In this document: positions 58,634 through 64,000 of the stretch, in pieces
How positions within the stretch are numbered: the stretch's first letter is position 1
Layout of the letters: each line of letters opens with the position of its first letter
Source of the DNA: an uncultured Gemmatimonadaceae bacterium
GTDB lineage: Bacteria; Gemmatimonadota; Gemmatimonadetes; Gemmatimonadales; Gemmatimonadaceae
Assembly (NCBI GenBank): GCA_963761305.1
Contig: CAVXGK010000002.1
Span: 3,104,001 to 3,168,000, forward strand
Direction of reading: 5' to 3'
DNA: 64,000 nt
Notes under the pieces: generated by a model
Told to the model about the DNA's origin: nothing
The model's database searches: none
What the model saw: only the letters and a program-made list of their open reading frames with translations
Made by a program: the position numbers and the translations under genes

Positions 58634-59107
58634 TCAGTTGCAGGTCACGACTCCCTGGGCGGTCGCGGGAGCAACCGGAGCCGCCGCGCCGAGAAAGAGC
58701 GCGCAAAAGTGCGGATACGACTGCGGGTTCTGCGATGTCGCGGACCAACCGGTCGGCGTCGCCTCGGTGATGATCACGGTGTTCCCGTTCGTGGGCGTGA
58801 GCTGCACCGAGTCGAGCACGTTGCTGTAGGCCGCGTGGTCGTAGAAGTACCCTTCTTCCGACGTCGCGAGGTTGCGGAGGTCGCTCCGCATGCCGGCGTA
58901 GTAGGCTTTGCCTTTGGTCGCTTGGAACTTCGGGATCGCGATCGCGGCCAGGATGCCGATGATGACGACCACGATCAGCAACTCGATCAGGGTAAAGCCC
59001 GTTCGACGACGCGGCCGGACCCGGCTGGTGTGAATGCCGATGATCCGCTGATGGGCGGAGGCTAGCTCCACCACACGCGGGGCGGGCTGAGTTTTTTTGT
59101 CGAGCAT
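58634..59107 (-). CDS. type IV pilin
   Basis: G/FTLIELLIVVVIIGILAAIAIPKF class III signal; C-terminal Cys pair. Confidence 0.9.
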   Translation of the reverse strand: MLDKKTQPAPRVVELASAHQRIIGIHTSRVRPRRRTGFTLIELLIVVVIIGILAAIAIPKFQATKGKAYYAGMRSDLRNLATSEEGYFYDHAAYSNVLDSVQLTPTNGNTVIITEATPTGWSATSQNPQSYPHFCALFLGAAAPVAPATAQGVVTCN

Positions 59108-59143
59108 GGGCACGAAGCCGGTCAGGTTGTGCCCGCTTTGAAG

Positions 59144-59158
59144 GCAAAGCAGGTGCCT
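59144..59158 (-). promoter_or_regulatory. sigma54 -24/-12 promoter of the pilin gene
   Basis: AGGCAC-CTGCT-TTGC (GG-N10-GC) on - strand. Confidence 0.65.
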
Positions 59159-59303
59159 GAGTAAGGCTGCTGCCTTCAAGTCGCTTTTTCATAAGGGGTT
59201 AGCCAAATAGCAGCGTGAGTCAATGCGGGTATTTTCCCGTTCGCGGCCATTCGATTTGCGGCTGGTCTCGCAAGCTGCGATGGCGCCCATGTGACGCACG
59301 TCA

Positions 59304-62249
59304 CTAGTCCATCTTGGTGGCCAGCCAGTTTTCGCCGACTCCGACATCGACGACCAGAGGGACCGCCAGGTCGGCAGCGTGCTCCATTTCGTGCCTGACC
59401 AGCGCCGAGAGGCGGACGAGCTCAGACGGCGGGGTCTCGAAGACCAGCTCGTCGTGCACCTGGAGCAGCATTTTGGCGTCGAGGGCATTGGCGGGCAGGG
59501 CGCGATGGATGCGAATCATCGCCGCCTTGATGAGGTCGGCCGCCGAGCCCTGAATCGGGGAGTTCGCGGCGGTTCGCTCGCCGAACGCGCGGATGTTGAA
59601 GTTCCGGTCGCGCAGCTCGGGAATGTAGCGGCGCCGGTTGAAAATGGTTTGCACGTAGCCGTGCTGCCGCGCGAACTCGACCATCGAATCGAGGTATTCT
59701 CGCACGCGATGAAACCTCTCGAAATAGCGTTCGATAAATTCCTTCGCTTCGGCGTGGGCGATTCCCAATTGGCGTGAGAGCGCGTGGGGTCCTTGACCGT
59801 AGATCGTCGCGAAATTGATCGTCTTCGCGCGTGCGCGCATCTCCTTCGTCACCGCGTCGATCGGCACGTCGAAAATGAGCGCCGCCGTCTGCCGGTGGAT
59901 GTCGCCGCCGGCGCGGAACGCTTCGACGAACGCCGGGTCGCCGGACAGGTGGGCCAGCAAACGCAGCTCGATCTGCGAGTAGTCGGCGGCGACCAGCACC
60001 CAGCCGCGGCGCGGAATGAATCCGCGCCGGATGTCACGACCCAGCTCGCGGCGGATCGGTATGTTCTGCAGGTTCGGATCGCTCGACGACAGGCGGCCCG
60101 TGGCGGCCGTCGTTTGGCTGAACGACGTGTGCACCCGCCGTGTCGTCGGGTGGACGTACAACGGCAACGCGTCGATGTACGTGCTCTCGAGCTTCGCGAT
60201 CTCGCGATACTCGAGCAGCAACACCGGGAGCCGGTGCCCTTCCTCGGCGAGTTGCTGGAGCACGCTCGCATCGGTGGACGCACCGGTCGCCGTCTTTTTC
60301 AGCACCGGCAACTGAAGCCGGTCGAAAAGGATTTCGCGAAGTTTGGGGTTGGAGTTGATGTTGAACTCCTCCCCCGCGAGGGCGTAGATCTCGCCCTCGA
60401 CGCGCCGGCGTTCGCGCTCGAATCGCTCTTTGAGCGACGCGAACCATTCGACGTCGATGGTGATGCCCTGCCACTCCATTTCGGCGAGCACCTCGACGAG
60501 CGGCATCTCGACGTCGTGAAAGAGGCGGCCGAGCTGCAGCTCGTCGAGCTGCGGCTCGAAGCGCTCGCGGAGGCGCCACACGACGTCGGCGCGCTCGCAT
60601 GCGTAGTCGCGCGCACAGGGCACCGGCACTTCGTCGAACGGAATGGCCTCCTTCGCTTTGCCACACAGCTCGTCGAGCGACGTCGTCTTGCGATCGAGAA
60701 ATTCGAGGGCGAGCTGGTCGAGCGCGTGCGAGCGCCGGCCGGGGTCGAGCACGTAGCTCGAAACCATCGTGTCGAAGTCGAGGCCGCGAAGCGTGACGCC
60801 GGACCGCCGCAGGAGCAGAATGGCGTACTTCGCATCCTGCGCGGACTTGTTGACCGCCGGATCCTCGAGCAGCGCGCGAAGCGGTGCGAGCTCGGGGCTG
60901 TCGAGTGGTGGAAGCGACACCGGCGGCGGCGCTCCCTGCGCCAACACGCGTGCCGCGATGCTCGTCGGCTCGGCGACCTTCCGCGCACGCGGACGCTTCA
61001 CGCCCGTGGCGTCGTCCGGCCGCTCCTCGGCCATCAACTCCTCGAGACCGAGGCCGACCTGTCCACCGACGTTGCGCGGACGGTGCGCGAGCGGGAAGTA
61101 ATACGCCTCACCCGGACCGACGGCGATCGAGAGTCCGGAGAGGGTCGTTCGAAGCGGGTCGTTCGTCTGCGGCGCGCTCGCGTCGACGACGCCTTCGACG
61201 TCGATGGAGATGTACGGCGCCGTCCGCGCGCGGTCGATTGCGTCGGCGAGACCGTCGAGGGTATCGACCGTCGCGTAGTTGGTCGGCGGGGCAGCGACGG
61301 CGGTTGCTTGCTCGACGGGCGCGTCATCGCCGGCCGGAAGGTTGCGGGCGAGCGAATGGAACTCGAGTTCGACATAGAGCCCACGAAGCCTCGCGTAGTC
61401 GGGCGTCTGCAGGCGCAGCTTGTCGAGCTCCAGCCCGATCGGCAGATCGACGCGAATGGTGACGAGCTCCTTGGAGAGCAACGCCAGACCACCATGCTCG
61501 AGCAGTGCTTCGCGCGGACGCTTCTTGGTGAGCTCGGCCGCGTGCGCGAGGATGTCGTCGAGCGACGCGTACGCGTTGACCAGCTCTTGCGCCGTCTTGT
61601 CGCCGATCCCCTTCACGCCCGGCACGTTGTCCGAGCTGTCGCCGACGAGGGCCAGATAGTCGGTCACACGCTCCGGGGGAACGCCGAGCCGCTCGCTGCC
61701 GTTCTCGACGCTGACCCATTGCTCTTCGACCGCGGCGGCCCCGCCGCGTCCGGGGTTCAGCAGCCAGATGCCCGGACGAACGAGTTGCTGAAAATCCTTG
61801 TCGCCGGAAACGACGACCACGCTGACGCCGGCGTCGACGCCCTGAACAGCGAGCGTTCCAATGACGTCGTCGGCTTCATAGCCATGTAACGAGAGAACTG
61901 GTATGTGGTAGGCGTCCAGTACGGCCCGAATCCGTTCCATGCCGCGATCGAAGTCGGACTGGAGCTCTTCGGTGAGCTTCTCGCGGGTGGCCTTGTACGC
62001 GGGATATCGCTCGTGACGAAACGACAGGCCCGAGTCGAGCACCCACCCGAGGTAGTCCGGTCGGTGCGTTTCGACGAGGCGCTGCAGGAAGTTGACGACG
62101 CCCCACGCCGCGGAGGTGTTCTCGCCGCGGCTCGTCGTGAGCGGCCGCGAGATGAGCGCAAAGAACGCGCGATAGATGAGCGCGTAGCCGTCGACGAGGA
62201 AGAGTCGTGGCGACGGAGGCATCGTGGCGCGGGCGGCTGGAGCGGTCAT
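59304..62249 (-). CDS. polA: DNA polymerase I
   Basis: LVDG..YRAF, YEADD, GDSSDN 5' nuclease; TGRLSSSDPNLQNIP, DYSQIELR, KTINF, QVHDEL; start 62249 or 62222. Confidence 0.98.
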   Translation of the reverse strand: MTAPAARATMPPSPRLFLVDGYALIYRAFFALISRPLTTSRGENTSAAWGVVNFLQRLVETHRPDYLGWVLDSGLSFRHERYPAYKATREKLTEELQSDFDRGMERIRAVLDAYHIPVLSLHGYEADDVIGTLAVQGVDAGVSVVVVSGDKDFQQLVRPGIWLLNPGRGGAAAVEEQWVSVENGSERLGVPPERVTDYLALVGDSSDNVPGVKGIGDKTAQELVNAYASLDDILAHAAELTKKRPREALLEHGGLALLSKELVTIRVDLPIGLELDKLRLQTPDYARLRGLYVELEFHSLARNLPAGDDAPVEQATAVAAPPTNYATVDTLDGLADAIDRARTAPYISIDVEGVVDASAPQTNDPLRTTLSGLSIAVGPGEAYYFPLAHRPRNVGGQVGLGLEELMAEERPDDATGVKRPRARKVAEPTSIAARVLAQGAPPPVSLPPLDSPELAPLRALLEDPAVNKSAQDAKYAILLLRRSGVTLRGLDFDTMVSSYVLDPGRRSHALDQLALEFLDRKTTSLDELCGKAKEAIPFDEVPVPCARDYACERADVVWRLRERFEPQLDELQLGRLFHDVEMPLVEVLAEMEWQGITIDVEWFASLKERFERERRRVEGEIYALAGEEFNINSNPKLREILFDRLQLPVLKKTATGASTDASVLQQLAEEGHRLPVLLLEYREIAKLESTYIDALPLYVHPTTRRVHTSFSQTTAATGRLSSSDPNLQNIPIRRELGRDIRRGFIPRRGWVLVAADYSQIELRLLAHLSGDPAFVEAFRAGGDIHRQTAALIFDVPIDAVTKEMRARAKTINFATIYGQGPHALSRQLGIAHAEAKEFIERYFERFHRVREYLDSMVEFARQHGYVQTIFNRRRYIPELRDRNFNIRAFGERTAANSPIQGSAADLIKAAMIRIHRALPANALDAKMLLQVHDELVFETPPSELVRLSALVRHEMEHAADLAVPLVVDVGVGENWLATKMD

Positions 62250-62322
62250 CGTGGCGAAAGGTCGGAGCGTCGTGGGGCGGGTTCAACCCGCGACTGTTTC
62301 GCGGTGCCTCGCGCCGGGTCCC

Positions 62323-62359
62323 AAAACAGCACCGCCCGCCATCGCTGGCGGGCGGCTGC
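62323..62359 (-). terminator. intrinsic terminator of the third csp gene
   Basis: CCGCCCGCCA / TGGCGGGCGG stem; CTGTTTT tail on - strand. Confidence 0.7.
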
Positions 62360-62383
62360 AGGGTTGTTCTTCCCGGGGTCGAG

Positions 62384-62584
62384 TCAGACCCGGACCACGT
62401 TGGCGGCGTGGAGCCCCTTCTCGCCGGTCCGGATTTCGAACTCCACTTCCTGCCCCTCGGCGAGCGTCTTGAACCCTTCCATACTGATGGCGGAGAAGTG
62501 GACGAAGACATCTTCTCCGCCGTCCTGCTCAATGAAGCCGTACCCCTTGGCGTCATTGAACCACTTCACCTTCCCTCTGGCCAT
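62384..62584 (-). CDS. csp: cold-shock protein
   Basis: [32 protein letters not shown]. Confidence 0.97.
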   Translation of the reverse strand: MARGKVKWFNDAKGYGFIEQDGGEDVFVHFSAISMEGFKTLAEGQEVEFEIRTGEKGLHAANVVRV

Positions 62585-62654
62585 GCGAGCTGCCTCCGCC
62601 AGGATGAATCACTCCTGCGTGGTGCCGCGCAAGCCGGACGGCTTGCGCGGGCCC

Positions 62655-62684
62655 TATATAGGAGAGGCCTATCGGTTTTGTCAA
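62655..62684 (-). promoter_or_regulatory. sigma70 promoter of the third csp gene
   Basis: TTGACA-N18-TATATA on - strand. Confidence 0.6.
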
Positions 62685-62738
62685 GCAACGTGGACAGGCG
62701 TTCTTGCCCCGCCTCCCACCCGACGTTAGGTTCGCGCC

Positions 62739-63650
62739 GTGCCCCGGGAAAACCTCGTCGGACAAACGATCGCTGGCTATTCGCTGCAAAGCGAAGTCGG
62801 CGAAGGCGGAACGTCGGCCGTCTTCCGCGCAACCCACGCCGCGCACGGCACCGTCGCCGTGAAGGTGCTCCGCGAAAAACTGCGGCAGGACCGAACCGCC
62901 GTCGCGCGCTTCCTGCGCGAGGCGCGCTATGGCGAGCGCGTGCAGCATCCGAACGTGGTCCGCACGATTGAAATCGGCGAAGCCGAGCCCGGGATGCATT
63001 TCCTGGCGATCGAGTGGGCGGCCGGCGACATCCTCGAGAAATACGCGAAGCAAAAAGGGCCGTTGCCGGTCGATGAGGTCTGCACGGTCGTGCGACAGAT
63101 CGCCGACGCCGTGCATGCGGCGCATTCGGTCGGCATCGTGCATCGCGACCTCAAGCCTGAAAACGTGATGTACGATCCGACGGCGAGAAAGGTGAAGCTG
63201 CTGGATTTCGGCATCGCGACGGACACCGACCAGTCACCCGAACAGCGCCTCACGCGCGCCGGCTTCTTCGTCGGCACGCTGATGTACGTCGCCCCCGAAG
63301 CACTCTCGGGGGAGCTGGTCGGCCCGCTCGCCGACCAATACAGTCTGGCCACGATCGCCTACTTCCTGCTGACGGGTTCACTGCCGTTCCCGGCGAAGAC
63401 GCCGCGCGAGATGTTCTCGCAGCTCCTGTCGCAGCCGCCGATCCCGCTCAATCAGGCGAAGCCCGGACTCAAGTTCTCGGCCCCGGTCGAAGGCGTGGTG
63501 ATGCGCGGCTTGAGCAAGGAGCCGCCGAAACGCTACGTGGACGTGGTCGAGTTCGCGCGCGAGTTCTGCCAGGCGACGGCGACGCCCGGGCAGGCCGAAA
63601 AGCAGGGCTTCACGGCGAAGCTGGCGTCGATCTTTCGTCGGAAGGACTGA
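62739..63650 (+). CDS. cytoplasmic Hanks-type Ser/Thr protein kinase
   Basis: GEGG, VAVK, HRDLKPEN, DFG, GTLMYVAPE; no TM. Confidence 0.95.
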   Translation: MPRENLVGQTIAGYSLQSEVGEGGTSAVFRATHAAHGTVAVKVLREKLRQDRTAVARFLREARYGERVQHPNVVRTIEIGEAEPGMHFLAIEWAAGDILEKYAKQKGPLPVDEVCTVVRQIADAVHAAHSVGIVHRDLKPENVMYDPTARKVKLLDFGIATDTDQSPEQRLTRAGFFVGTLMYVAPEALSGELVGPLADQYSLATIAYFLLTGSLPFPAKTPREMFSQLLSQPPIPLNQAKPGLKFSAPVEGVVMRGLSKEPPKRYVDVVEFAREFCQATATPGQAEKQGFTAKLASIFRRKD

Positions 63651-64000
63651 GCGTCGCGCCCATCGCGGGCGCCTCGACCGACTCGCCGTCCGCCGCCTCG
63701 AGGTCCGCCGTGTTCACCGGCAGCCAGAGCGTGAACGTCGATCCCTTGCCAAGCTGGCTCTCCACGCGAATATCGCCCCCGAGCAGCTGGGCGAGCCGTC
63801 GCGAGATCGCCAGACCCAGGCCGGTCCCCCGCTGCATCGATTCGCTGCGCGGACCGGCGTTCACCTGTTCGAATTCTTCAAAGATGCGCAACTGATCGGC
63901 AGGCGCGATGCCGACGCCGGTGTCGACCACCTGCAGCGCAATCCAGATGCGGCGCGCGTCGGGCGCTTGCGAAGCCAACACCGGGTCTTCGGGCGTGGCG
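63610..64000 (-). CDS. sensor histidine kinase, C-terminal HATPase (partial; runs off window)
   Basis: VVDTGVGI (G1), IFEEFEQ (F), GTGLGLAI (G2), GKGSTF. Confidence 0.9.
   Translation of the reverse strand, partial: ATPEDPVLASQAPDARRIWIALQVVDTGVGIAPADQLRIFEEFEQVNAGPRSESMQRGTGLGLAISRRLAQLLGGDIRVESQLGKGSTFTLWLPVNTADLEAADGESVEAPAMGATLSPSDERSTPASP

Noticed and set aside
59188..59201. IHF site upstream of the sigma54 promoter
   Set aside because: Only a weak match to WATCAANNNNTTR; plausible but unsupported

Overview
High-GC bacterial chromosomal segment; gene content and style resemble Gemmatimonadota (inference, not verified). It is probably origin-proximal because it carries mnmG-SIMPL-parS/parS-parA-parB. 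About 63 genes are supported: a divergent arginine cluster (argCBDA / argRGH) with ARG boxes, ispG, murB, polA, three dispersed cold-shock genes, several exported peptidases (S41, M1, M28, paired M16), a nucleoside-type ABC operon containing Nif3 and MFS genes, a sigma54-type pilin, a Ser/Thr kinase and a partial histidine kinase. No rRNA, tRNA, CRISPR array, transposase or integrase was recognised. The most notable candidate is a membrane-anchored protein with a degenerate [FeFe]-hydrogenase/Nar1-like domain, divergent from a Crp/Fnr regulator. Other candidates: an orphan plasmid-type RepA in chromosomal context, a strand-specific four-way-junction RNA, a perfect Rex/CRP palindrome upstream of a cupredoxin, and several apparent pseudo-enzymes (HD->FE alarmone hydrolase, Walker-less Wzc, degenerate HisA, Cys-less ArsC). 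All family calls are motif recognition by eye; no database searches were run.
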